A stretch of 64,000 nt of DNA, taken from contig JAGIQG010000004.1 in assembly GCA_024679065.1 (NCBI GenBank), forward strand, positions 50,964,001-51,028,000. Direction: 5' to 3'. Source of the stretch: Sphyrna mokarran. Lineage: Eukaryota. The notes under the pieces are model-generated. The model saw nothing but the letters and a program-made list of their open reading frames with translations, searched no databases and was not told where the DNA came from. Positions 52,400 through 64,000 of the stretch are shown here, piece by piece. Position 1 is the first letter of the stretch, and the number at the start of each line of letters is the position of its first letter. The translations under genes and the position numbers were made by a program.

Positions 52400-53200
52400 A
52401 CATATAACATAGAACATTACAGCGCAGAACAGGCCCTTCGGCCTTCGATGTTGCGCCGACCAATTAGGAACAAGCAGTGACCCTCTAACCTAAACCATTC
52501 CCCTTTCATCCATAAACTTATCTACTAACCTCTTAAACGCCACCAAACTTGGCGCATCTACAACTGACGCAGGCAGGGCATTCCATACCCTTACCACCCT
52601 CTGGGTAAAGAACCTACCTCTGACATCCGTCCTATAACCACCACCCCTTAATTTAAAGCTACGTCCCCTCGTGCTAGCTTTCTCCATCCTAGGAAAAAGG
52701 CTATCACTGTCCACCCTATCTAAACCTCTAATCATCTTATATGTTTCAATAAGGTCTCCTCTTAGCCACCTTCTTTCTAACGAAAACAACCTCAAATCCC
52801 TCAGCCTCTCTTCATAAGACCTGCCCTCCATACCAGGCAACATCCTGGTAAACCTCCTCTGTACCCTCTCCAATGCCTCCACATCTTTCTTATAATGCGG
52901 GGACCAGAACTGCACACAATACTCCAAGTGCGGCCGCACTAGAGTTTTGTACAGTTGCAACATGACGTTGCGGCTCCGAAATTCAATCCCCCTACCAATA
53001 AAAGCTAAGACTCCGTATGCCTTCTTAACAACCTTATCGACTTGATTGCCAACTTTCAGGGATCTATGCACATATACACCAAGATCCCTCTGTTCTTCAA
53101 CACTATTAAGAGTCCTACCATTAGCCCTATACTCTACACATTTGTTATTCCTGCCAAAGTGAAGTACCTCACACTTTTCCACATTAAACTCCATTTGCCA
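52400..53200 (-). mobile_element. Young CR1-type LINE, 5'-truncated, with uninterrupted ORF2 C-terminus
   Basis: 234-aa open frame 52490-53194 (MEFNVEKCEVLHFG..HLEYCVQFWSP..FFTQRVVRVWNALP). Tail catagaacattacagcgcagaacaggcccttcggcc. Confidence 0.96.
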
Positions 53201-53612
53201 AGCAGTGGATTGCCAAGCAATGGTAAGCAGTGGAGAAGCTCAAGTCTTCCATATGATCAACTCCTACTGAGAATGATGTTGCCTGTACAAACAAGCCAGG
53301 AAGAATGAGATGATTATATTTGAAGGAATTATCACGACCTCCGTTTGTAGCAATTACTCTTTATTTATCTGATAGCCATGATGGGCAAAGCCTACAATAC
53401 TGGAGCTAACAACAAGGGATAATATACGGAAACCAACTGAGCAAAAAGGGCAGGCCCCAGCACGAAAACGATTGCTTTTTGCAATCTGTGTGTATTTAAA
53501 TGTTTATTATAGTTTTCACTTCAGATTCCTGCCACAAAGCAGTGACACATTGTTGTTAATAATTCATTTGCATCCCTGGAGGAGACTCTCCAAAGAAAGA
53601 GTTTGCAGTCTT

Positions 53613-53648
53613 GTTGCTAGGATGTTGCTAAGGGGTTGCCTAGGCAGG
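53613..53648 (+). promoter_or_regulatory. Candidate RFX (X-box) site cluster
   Basis: GTTGCY at 53613, 53624 and 53635. The last reads GTTGCCTAGGCAG, a near-palindromic X-box. Confidence 0.45.
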
Positions 53649-54521
53649 TTGTGAGGTTGAACATGGCAGAGCTCGTTGCTGAGGGCTCTGATGGATGTCT
53701 TGTGATAGCGGGAAGAGAGCAACAGAATTAGCTCCAAATGCAGCTATGCTCTTTCATTCTGTCCTCTGGGAGAAAGAAAATTAAAAATAATATTCACAGC
53801 TATTGTACACTACTTCATTGGGGATATGTCCTGCATTTTGCCTTTCCCTGGATTTAGCATTTAAGTCTAATATTTCTTCACTTATTTTGGATAAATGTGC
53901 AGAGTGCTATTTGCATTGGTGGGGTAAACAGAAAATAGATTTGTGTGCAGGAAAGAATTATTTTTTCTCTGGTGGCTGAAGTGGGGCTGCTTCATTTTCC
54001 ACTTGCCGTAACTCCTCAGTACCTTTGAATTTTACTATATCAGGTGTCCACATGTGGGTGTATCTCCGAGTCGATTTTACCCAAGGGTCTGCTCAACCCA
54101 AATGCAAAACAATGCATCTCTAACCACACCATCTGCTGCTGAGTACCACACTGAACAAGACTTGATCATGGAGGTGAGGGAATTCCAACAAGGAGAATAT
54201 TAAACCAAGGATATTAAATCATGCATCTCCTAGTACCCAACTGATCATCAAAACCACCACCCCCAACAAGTGATATAACTAGACAAAGCAACCTTCTCCA
54301 CCAAATACTGGTGAGGAATTGGGAAGGGCTTCTTTTCCTGCTTCTTTTAATACCTGTTCAATTTAACACCTGGTCAATTCTGACCAGCATCAAACATTCC
54401 TAACCTCCCATCACATTTAAAACAAAGTGAAACCTTATGGTGGCTCTTCAGTGTAGGCTGGCCATGGTCAAAAGGTGTGGCCATTCTGCTGTCTTGAAAT
54501 GGCTGTTATCATTAAGACCTG

Positions 54522-54727
54522 GTAAGAATCTGGCAACACCAATTTTAAATCCAACCGATTTATTTGTTAGTAAATCTGCAAGCTTTCAACTTTTTCGTCT
54601 TCGTCAGACAAAGACGAAAAAGTCGAAAGCTCGCAGATTTACTATCAAATAAATTGGTTGGATTTAAAATTGGTGTTGCCAGATTCTTACTGAGTTTATC
54701 CCAGTCCAACGCCGGCATCTCTACATC
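54522..54727. mobile_element. Young ~205-bp Penelope-type hairpin insertion with 15-bp target-site duplication
   Basis: Near-perfect palindrome 54522-54690, followed by the tail ccagtccaacgccggcatctctacatc. Direct repeat atcattaagacctgg at 54508-54522 and 54728-54742. Confidence 0.9.
54577..54610 (-). ncRNA. Minimal type I hammerhead ribozyme motif (Penelope-associated)
   Basis: Minus strand UGU-CUGACGA-A-GAC-GAAAAA-GUU-GAAA-GC-UU-GCA: core boxes, short stem II, palindromic AGCU mini stem III and a 3-bp stem I. Confidence 0.6.
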
Positions 54728-57700
54728 ATCATTAAGACCTGGCAGGGACAGAAGCCCAAAGAAAATGATGGTCCAATTTTCCTTGGGGCTGAAGAACATT
54801 TGGGGATTTGTCTACAGTCCACCAGTCCATTAAACACAAGCATGTGGATAAATAGACTTGGCAGATCAAACGCAGATCATACCAAGCTGTTCTTAAATTT
54901 AAGCCGATTGAGCATTTTATTTCCAGTATTTTGGTGTGTTTTATCATATTTGTCTGGGGTCCCTAATGAACAGGTCTCATGGGCTCAAGAGTTAAACTGC
55001 CCATTCTCCACTAACTCCCAATACAAAGCTGCCATCGGTGATAGACAATTCTTTGTGTGTCCCATGAGCTGCTGTACAAATTCATGTCATGTCCTAAGCT
55101 TGCTGAGAACACATTCCGCAGCCTCAACTATTTAAGTGAAGCCATAATTTGAGTGAGAAACCCATTCTGTATATGAATCTTTTTCTTGTGTTTCCTGTTG
55201 GTACAAGAGTGTGATGTTCAAAAAGCTAGTGCCAACGGCAGTGTAAGTGGGCTGGCACTGTGTAGCTTGCTGAGTGCCCCTCCCAAAAATTCTCCACGTC
55301 TTCACTCCCTCTCTTCCTCTAGAAAAAGCTAAAAAGCTATCTCTTTAACCCAGCTTTTTTTTTTCCCTGTCATTTTTGCTTCAACATTAATTTTTGTGAT
55401 TGTTGTGAAGTGCTTTTGGATATTTACTTTCTTTGTTAGCCCTCTTAATATAACTTGCCTGATTTTTGGCTATGACCAGTGGTCCAAATTCCATGATTCT
55501 TGCTACCTTTTTGTTAGTATTTCCTGGTTCACCAAACATATAATGGTCCAACCAAGTAATAACTTCAAGCTTCTACCTTGGCAATGATGTTTTAGCTGGA
55601 AAATCGATAAACTGTATTCTTTTTGAAATTTCTGCTCTGATTTTTCACTGTCAAATGCTTGTTGTATCCACTGGAAGGCATTCCATTCTGTTATATTTGT
55701 AATTCCTCATCACACAACTGATGGATGAACTGCAGAGTTCCGAACTGAAAGCAGCTTATTCAGTGCTCACAGTCTTAAATAACAACCAAGATAGAGGGAG
55801 ATAAGCAGAAAAAGTGCTTGCATTGTACTACAGATAATATTGATATTGGTGTTACTCTCTGGAGAATCCAGACTTAGTAAATAAAATGAGATCAGCTGCA
55901 TGGCCATTGTGAGTGGTGACTGCACATTGCTGTTATATTTAATAGCTTTTCCGCCACCTAATTATATATCATTATAGTATTGCGTGTAGGGTACATATTA
56001 ACTGAGCATCATTTACATGCCGACTCCAAGCAGCAAGCCCGCTGATTACAGGCCCAAAATTACCATTGCAAACTGTACTTTTGCAATGAGGGAGGCTTTC
56101 AGGCTGCTTACTGGGCCAGGATTCTGGTTGATGCAGACAAAACTGGGATACAGTCACTGATCTTTAGCTGCAAAGTGCTGCTGAATTAGCAACCAAAGCC
56201 AGATGACTTGAGTCCTTTTTGACAGTTTAAATGCCGCAGATTTAGTTCATTTGGAACAAACAAATTTATCCTATCTCACTTATTCAAATGCCGCATGAAT
56301 GTAGCTACAGCAAGAAATTCAAGAGATCCAAATGAAAATAATGAATCCCACCCCAGTCGATGTTCCTCCAAATCTCTTTCTTTACAGAATTTTAATGGAC
56401 ACCTCTTCTTTGCAGTGAACAGCAGATCAAATGTTTTTCTTGTTTGAAAATCTGATACATCCATTCAGATCTATGTCACATGCAGGTTACCTTTGTATGT
56501 TGCACTTCAAACATGTATGATCGTATGAGCAGTGCCCCAAAGATTCACTGGTTAAATAGTGACGCAAGTCCTTCAGCTCTTGTTGTCTCAGTGTCATGCC
56601 CATTTCTCCCACTGTTCCCTGTTTAAATATGTTCAGTCCTTTTTAGGTCCATCCAGAAATAGTGAAGCGATGCTAAGCACAGGCACAGAAGGTACCTTCT
56701 GTGAAGGTAGTTTATTATCTCTTCTAGTGCTTGTCCTCCCCACAGAATCTGATACAGTTCACTATACTTCCCTGCTCAAGTATTGTCCAGTTGTACAGGA
56801 TCCTTCTTACAAATAGGCCTACCTGTCTAAACAAAACCTGTTCATCTACAATGGCTTCATTCTCCCATTCTCACCCCTGGAGTCTCTCAAGGATTTAGAC
56901 TTCCCATTGGTGACATATACACACATGGGATTCAGCTTTCTTATCTATGCTGACAATAAGCATGTCCAAATGTGTAACAATTCTTCTATTCCTCCATGAC
57001 CACTTCTAGGTAGAGCATCTTTCAGCTGTTCAATATTAGCAGCTTTAGTTGTAAATGGAAACTCTTTCCCATGTTTAGGTTGCCTGTCTATCACAATTGC
57101 AGCTTCAATTTAATATTTGACAGAATTGTGCTTCATTGCCTCATCCTCTGCGTCATCAAGTCAGTGGCATAGCCTGACTGTCCTTTAGCTCTAACCCTGC
57201 TGAATACCATTATTTCCAAGACTTCTTGATGGCTTTTCATTGTTCATCTTTCATAAACACAACTGCCCATATCCTGCCCCACACTGCCCATTATCCCATC
57301 ATGTCCACATTCCCCATTATCACTGATCTGTACGCCTAGCCAGATACATCCATTATCTCACTGATCGCATCTCTTCAACCATCTACCCAAAGCCCATCTT
57401 TTCCAACTAGGCTTCAATAGCTTCTTTTCAACTCTTCTCATTAGCTGATGCCTGTTCCTCTTCTTCTATAAAACATTTTGCTTGTTAAGACCTATTGATC
57501 TTCAAATTGTTGATGATGATGAAAAAGAATGCTGTCTATATAGTAGTGCACCATGGAGATGAGGGAAAGAAAGTGAAATGATCTGCACCAAATTGGCTGT
57601 GTCAGCAAGATAACAGGAAGAAAAGTTAGTTTGTTCTGAGGAAGGATAAACAATTTAAGATTCTGGTCCCTGATTATTGCCAACTAAGTAGTTACGAATG

Positions 57701-58664
57701 AACTTCAGAGTGAGTGATTCTGGGCTCAATTACCTTGCCCTACCTGCAGTCAAAGGGAGGTCTCCACTGCTGACCTGAGGTAATGCATTTTAACATTAAT
57801 GAAAAGCCATTGGTGTAGATGGGGATGGGGTAGATAGAGTTGGGCAGCAGTCATGGTTGCAGGTGGAGGATGCCTGGTGTGTCAGAGGTCTAAGATTTTC
57901 TTCATGGGGCAGTGAGGAATACACTTACTGCTTCTGGCCCACAGGGAGATGGTTCTTTTTCTTTCTTATGATAAAAGTTACATAAAATTTATGCAAGCGC
58001 TTGTCCATTTGGCCACAGTTTAGACCTATGCAGTTAGTACTCTATGAATTTGCATAGCCTAGGGTTAAAACCGCATTGAAATCTGAATGCCAACATTGGA
58101 CCCTTGCTTTTGTATATTTATGAGGCCCTCATTCCATATGCCTTCTAAAGACATGGTAGCTTGCACGAGCAGGGAATTAAGTTATCTGCTTTGGTGTTAA
58201 CCACTCCCGTGTTCTTTTTATTTCATAACTTGGAGGTTAAAATTGGAGTTAAGGGGTTAAAATTGCACTGTATTAATATTGCAGTTCGATATTGATCTGT
58301 AAGCCATTTCATGTAGAAGTGTGATATGTACGAAGTTGTTGAGGGAAAGAGTTTCTTTAAGAGCTTACTAAATATGGATTCCCATTGTTGCTGACTACTC
58401 ATGTGTAAAATCTACTAATACAGTCACTCTGTTTGGGAGGTGTCAGCACATTTCCCCCATACTTAGCTTTGCTGCTGTTAATAATTCGGTTTTGCGGCAG
58501 TGCTTAGTAACAGAAATGTCTTAACACAATGTCGCAATGGACCAATGCCAATATATACACAATCTCCAATCAGCATGAACTAAGTCTTTAGCCTTATTAA
58601 TTGCCAGGCCACCCCACTATGTGAACTAACATCAGATTTCTAGCACTGCGGTAAACTACACACT

Positions 58665-58713
58665 ACTCCTCTTCTTCCCCTCACCACCACTCCTCTTCTT
58701 CCCCTCACCACCA
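58665..58713. repeat. 24-bp perfect tandem duplication
   Basis: actcctcttcttcccctcaccacc x2. Confidence 0.85.
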
Positions 58714-61124
58714 AAGAAAAAGGCAACTACAATTTAGCTGGTAATGCCATTTTTTACTACCCATAGATACGGCTACTGGAGTCAAATGGTATAGTCCAGG
58801 AATCTCCTGCTCTGAAGGTCAATGGTCTGGCCTTCAGCATTATTCCTACATAGTGATGCAGTAGTCAAGCCTTTAGTGAGCTGTCTACCCAGAGGAACAA
58901 TGGACTGGACTTTAGTCTTGAACCAACACTGAAGACTGATAATCTGGCTTTCAAGCATGTTGCTAGCAGAAGAGTCAGTAGGCAGCTTTTGGTTAGACTC
59001 CTATATGCAGGAGCAATGAACTGGCCTTTAGTCAGGCATTAACCTATTGGCTTGAATGTCTTGGGTAATCCTGCCAAGGTCTATACAATCTGTCAATGCC
59101 ATTGGAGAGTCAAAGTCTTGCCATCTTTCCTAAATGTAGTCTTTGGAGAAAATGTTTTCTGTTGGTGAAATGAATACTTTTTTAAAAAATTCCTATACTC
59201 AATGACAATGCATTGTGCTGCAGTAGATTAAGGTTAACATACTCCGCATTTGTCAAGTGATGCTGTTGCATAGCATGATTTCAGTGTTGTTGATATCAAA
59301 CACTTCCATATTCAGGTGTTGTATAGTCTACGTGCAGAATGAAATGTGTCTATCATTGCAACATTTCCGTGACAGTCTTCCAGGCAATTGCCAATTAGTA
59401 CCAGCTTCTTGCATATTTATGGTGCAGGGTTGGCCCACTGTGGATATAAGGGGAGGATTTTCTACTTTGGTGCCTACCCAGATTATATAGGAGATTGCAA
59501 TGTCTTAAACGGCAAGAACTATGGGTTAGGGATGCATGGTTCAATAATTCTGCCCTTCTGCAGATACAAGCTGAGACAGCCGGCATAGTTAGTATTGAAT
59601 CTGCTTCCACCATCCTATCAGACAGTGCATTCCAACTCATCACAACTGACTGCTATTATAAGCATCATCGAGACCAGGAAGTTTTTATAAAAAGATCTGA
59701 AACCTCAGCTACGTACCAAAAGAACCATTTTAAAGAAAATAATTTTTACAATGCAAGAGTCAAACAAAGCAAGCACTGAATAATTTCTTAGGTAACCACA
59801 TTTACTGTAATACCCAGGATCAATATAAGTCAAACCTATATTAACAATTGTAGTAGATTATAAACTAGGATTACACATTAAATGGTGGATACGGTGAAGA
59901 CAGTTCTTATGACTTGGCTCAGCAGTCCATTCAGCAAATTTCATCAAACTGAATCACAAAGTTCTTCAAAATTCTGTCTTCCTCTCAAAGAATTTCAGCT
60001 CCTCCCTTTTCAAGGATTTAAACTGATCTCCAGTCAATAGAAGTGCACACTCAACCCAAGTTCCATATTTCTTCACTACATATGGGACTTCAACTGTGTT
60101 TCTGATGATCTGGATGGTGTAGATCCACCAGTCTGACCCTCACGTAATGGAAATAGCTGCTGCAACTGCATCTTTGCCTATTCTCAGCTTCTGTTTAAAA
60201 TTAGCCTCTGTCTTCTTCTTCCTGCCTGTACTCATCTGAGCCCTGATGGCTCCTTGTTCTTTTATATAGTTCCAGCAAGTTTCAATCTCCCAGAAATGTT
60301 GATTTCTAATCTCTATTTCAGTTCAGTTTTTCTAAAAAAAACTGGAGGAAGGCTTTCTCAGTTCCCATTACAGTTTCCCTTTTCAGATGGAAGTTGCCTC
60401 AAAAAATACAAACTTTGAAACCAGGGATTCCATTGCACTGCTTTAAAAATATTTCTGTTTGTCATGTCTAGCCTGACATCAGTGTCCTCTGGTTACCAAA
60501 CCTGCTACTTGGAAAAAATTTCTTATTTACCCATGTCAAAATGTATTATATATAAAATCTCACCATTATCTTTCTGCACCAAGGAGAACAATCTTGGTTT
60601 GTTACATCTTTCAGATCCATTTCTTATGTCCATTTTAACCAGAAGAATGAGCAGTTACAGTGAAGTGACTGAAATATGCACTGCATTCGCACTTGGTTGC
60701 AATTTTCAACCAGGTCTGTGAAGTGCCCACCTGAGTCAAAAACAAAACATCTCTATGCCATCGAAGGAGCCTGTCACCATTTCAACAAGAAGTAAATGGG
60801 CTGCCTGTCGCAACTGTCCTGAACTTGGACACTTCCAAGTGTCACAGGGAATGTATTTGCCTTCCCTGCCTGGACTTCTGCAGAACCTCCATCCTTGCCC
60901 TGAGCCTTGGTCGGCCTCCAATTGTTCATCTTTCCACTCACCACCAATTTCCTGGCTGTTCTTGTTGGGATGGGGACAATGTTATGTTAATGTTGCCTGA
61001 CCTTTACAATTGGCTTCTGTTTCTGGACAAGCTAACTATGGCCACTTTGCCACACAGAGTTAAAACTGAGTGATGAGCTCTCGGACACAAGGTCATGAAA
61101 CATGCTGTAAAATGCAGTTTTTCA

Positions 61125-61797
61125 GAGATCTGCATGTCCAAACGTCCCTGAAGATAGCAGGACAGATAAATAAGGTGGTTGAGAAGGCATATGGGATATT
61201 TGCTTTTATTAGCTGAGATATAAAATGAAACAGCAGGGAAGATATGATGGAGCTGTATAAAACATTCATTAGGCCACAGCTAGAGCACTGTGTGCAATTT
61301 TGATTGTCATGCAATAGGAAGGACCTGATTATACTAGAGAGTGGCTGCAGAGGAAATTCGCCAGGATGTGGCCTAGGTTGGAGCGTTTCAGCCCTGAAGA
61401 GAAACTGGTTAGGTTGGGATGTTTTCCTTAGAGCAGAAAAGGCTGAGGGGGACCTGACTGAACTGTGCAAAATTATAAGGGACATAGAGAGATTAATGGG
61501 AAAAAACTTTTCCCCTTAATAAAGGGGTCAATAACCAAGGGGCATAGATTTAAGGTAAGAAGCAGGAGATATAGAGGGAATTTGAGGAAAAACCTTTTCA
61601 TTTAGGGAATAGTGGGAATCTGGAACTCACTGCCTGAAAGCATGGTAGAGATAGAAACCCTCAACATTTAAAGATTATTTATTAGAGGATTTGAAATGCA
61701 ATAGCATACAAGGCTATGAACCAAGTGCTGCAAAATGAGATTTGAATAGATAGGTGTTTGATGGCCAGATGTTTTCTGTGCTGTAAAATTCTATGAC
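61125..61797 (+). mobile_element. CR1-type LINE 3' fragment
   Basis: aaggtggttgagaaggcatatgggatatttgcttttattagc..aggccacagctagagcactgtgtgcaattttg..aaccaaggggcatagatttaagg. Confidence 0.85.
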
Positions 61798-63104
61798 ATT
61801 AAATCAGATAATATCCTGAGGAATTCACATCATCAGGGCACTGGTAAGTTAGTAGCCACTGTAATACGCTACTGTCTACTGTTCTATAACTCAAGCTTTA
61901 GAATTGTTGATGAAATGTGGGATTGTCATCCCTCCTGGAATTCAAAGGCTGTGCGAGGGAAACATTTTGTTTGTGCGTTTTAAGGGCTGTGAATATCAGT
62001 TTAAACCCATTGAAACATGATTCTTACCAGTCAGAAAATCCTCAGCTTTATGGCATTAGAACAGATTATGGCTCACCATTCAAGATTCACAGAGGAGAGG
62101 GACAAGAGCCAAATATATCAGGTATCCAGACTGTCATTTATATTGTAAGTAATACTTTCTGAAGTCAGTCAGATGTTGCCAAGTCACTCCATTATTAAAA
62201 GCGTACTTGTGCATCAATTTGTTGCCTTTTGTTCAGACCACTCCTCAATAGCTAAAAGGATAAAGTGCATACATTAACTTCCTCTGAATTGCCAGCTTGT
62301 TATGGTAACAGCCCATATCAGGAGGATCAACTCATTAGGTAGAATAATGTCATGAGATTGGATGGCTAATTTAGCGTGGCTCTTTGGTAACTGATAATCC
62401 TCAGTTTCTCTCATTAGCTGTCTTCCCCAGCCCTGACTGAGGTATTTTGCGACTGGCGGTATTCACATATAGTGCTATCCTTTAGGATTCTGGTGTGTTC
62501 CAGCTGAGTTTCAGCAATTGTATAATGTTGTGATTACCCAATCACTATAAAGGGAAGGCACTAGTACATCAGAGCATTTCCAACATAGCCTGTATTTACC
62601 ACAAGATTTGGCGATTAGTAGGTTTTCAAGACACCATTACTTTAAGGTTAGTATTCACCTATTGAAAATATTGGCAAGTGCCAAAATAATTACTAGAATC
62701 AGGAAATTTAGACTTAATTGTTTGATCAAAATCATCTGCTTTATTTTGTGTGTTCCAGCATGAGCTTTGTGTGTATGTAGTTTAATTTTGGATGTGATTG
62801 CCTCTCAGAGTATCTTTTTAGAATGTGAAGTAATGATGTTTTCCACTCATTGGTTGTTCTTCTAAGTGAACCATATCACACAGGTCAAAATACTACTCTT
62901 CCAAATGTTCCTTGCCAATCTTCACTCTTCTGATTGTTTCTTGCTGTTGCTATTGATCCTTATTGATCTTGTACAATTCTCAAACTCCTCTCTTAGAACG
63001 TTAAGTGGAAACTATTCTAATGGATACAAAATGTCTGTGCCGTGTTAATGTGAATCCCTAAAGATATGATCTGATTTGGAACTCTAAGAAGGAAAAAGGA
63101 AAAT

Positions 63105-63364
63105 GAAGAAGCATTTATATAGTACCTTTCATGACGTTGGGATGTCCTGAACCATTTTACAACCAACAAAATATTTTTGAAACGTAGCCAGTGTAGGAAA
63201 CACAGCCAGTTTGCACACAGCAAGGTCTCAAAATTGAGAATTAACAGGTAATCTGCATAAGTGACATTGGTTAAGGGGTTACACATTGGCTAGGAAACCA
63301 AGGGAAAACATCCTTGCTGTTCTTCAAAATATCACTGCAGGATCTTGTATGTCCAGGTGAGAGA
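63105..63364 (-). mobile_element. SacSINE1/DeuSINE-type SINE 3' part (further decayed copies at about 2570-2700, 7055-7400, 9100-9900, 32650-32900 and 42720-43140)
   Basis: gcatttatatagtacctttcatgacg..ggatgtcc..ccagtttgcacacagcaaggtctca is a reverse-complement match to the 36.6-37.2 kb SINE. Confidence 0.7.
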
Positions 63365-63710
63365 TAGAGTTGTCAATCATCCAGGGTTGGTCTGGAGCCT
63401 CCAGAAATTGAAGATCAATCTCCAGGACACTGCAATTTGCAGCCCTGGCCAAAAGCCATGGGGATATTTAAAAAAAAGTTAGTCATTTTTGGTGAACATT
63501 TCCCTTTACCAGATATAAAAATATTGAAAATAAAAAAAAACGTTTGGCTGATAGTCAAGTACCATCCAATTGGGTACTGAGTCTTTTTGCTTTCCTACTG
63601 GCAGAGGAAGAGAGTGCGTCTCAAAGATGGATGCATTGGCTAACTAATGGCTGGAGTATGGGGGCAAGTCACGTGCTGAAATCTCCAATTTATATTCCAG
63701 GCAAGCCTCG
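63365..63710 (+). mobile_element. Decayed hAT-like non-autonomous DNA transposon
   Basis: Begins tagagttgtcaa (TAGGGTTGCCA-like terminus) followed by ctccagga subterminal repeats and interrupts the SINE. The right end is uncertain. Confidence 0.45.
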
Positions 63711-64000
63711 CCCTGCCATATTTCATCTCGCACAATCAACTTCTCCTTCTGTACTTATCCACTTTTCCCTTAACCATATCTATGCTAATTACTTAGGACC
63801 CTACTGCATGTGGTTCTGATGTCCACCAGTCTCAGCATTAGAAATAAAATCAATCGGAGATAACATGCCTACAATGTGTTCAGGTTGTGATGAATCACCA
63901 TACATGGTTGACTGACTAACTTGCAAGCACAATGTAAATTATAGTCACATTAAAGAGTCATATTGGAAATATTTGTGATTAATGATTTTCCATTATATAA

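Overview
Vertebrate nuclear DNA, most likely from a shark or other elasmobranch, judging by the HE1-type and SacSINE1/DeuSINE-type SINEs, CR1-type LINEs and Penelope-type repeats. The window lies inside the GNAO1 (G-protein alpha-o) gene on the + strand. Only one 142-bp coding exon (exon 3, 22071-22212) is present, flanked by more than 22 kb of upstream intron and more than 41 kb of downstream intron. The rest is intronic: 5'-truncated CR1-like LINEs, L2/Crack-like LINE remnants, several tRNA-derived SINE families, Harbinger-like MITEs and a 39-bp minisatellite. Almost all ORFs in the track are chance ORFs or LINE fragments. Most notable observations: (1) three fold-back Penelope-type palindromes of about 0.2, 0.4 and 1.2 kb carrying minimal hammerhead ribozyme motifs, with all three sense-oriented cores broken and two of three antisense cores intact; (2) a locally templated inverted duplication inserted into a LINE; (3) a SINE with a conserved, apparently structured 5' extension; (4) candidate neuronal regulatory sites (REST/RE1, phased RFX sites, RBFOX cluster). 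Repeat family names come from recognition by eye, no database search was run, and repeat boundaries are approximate.
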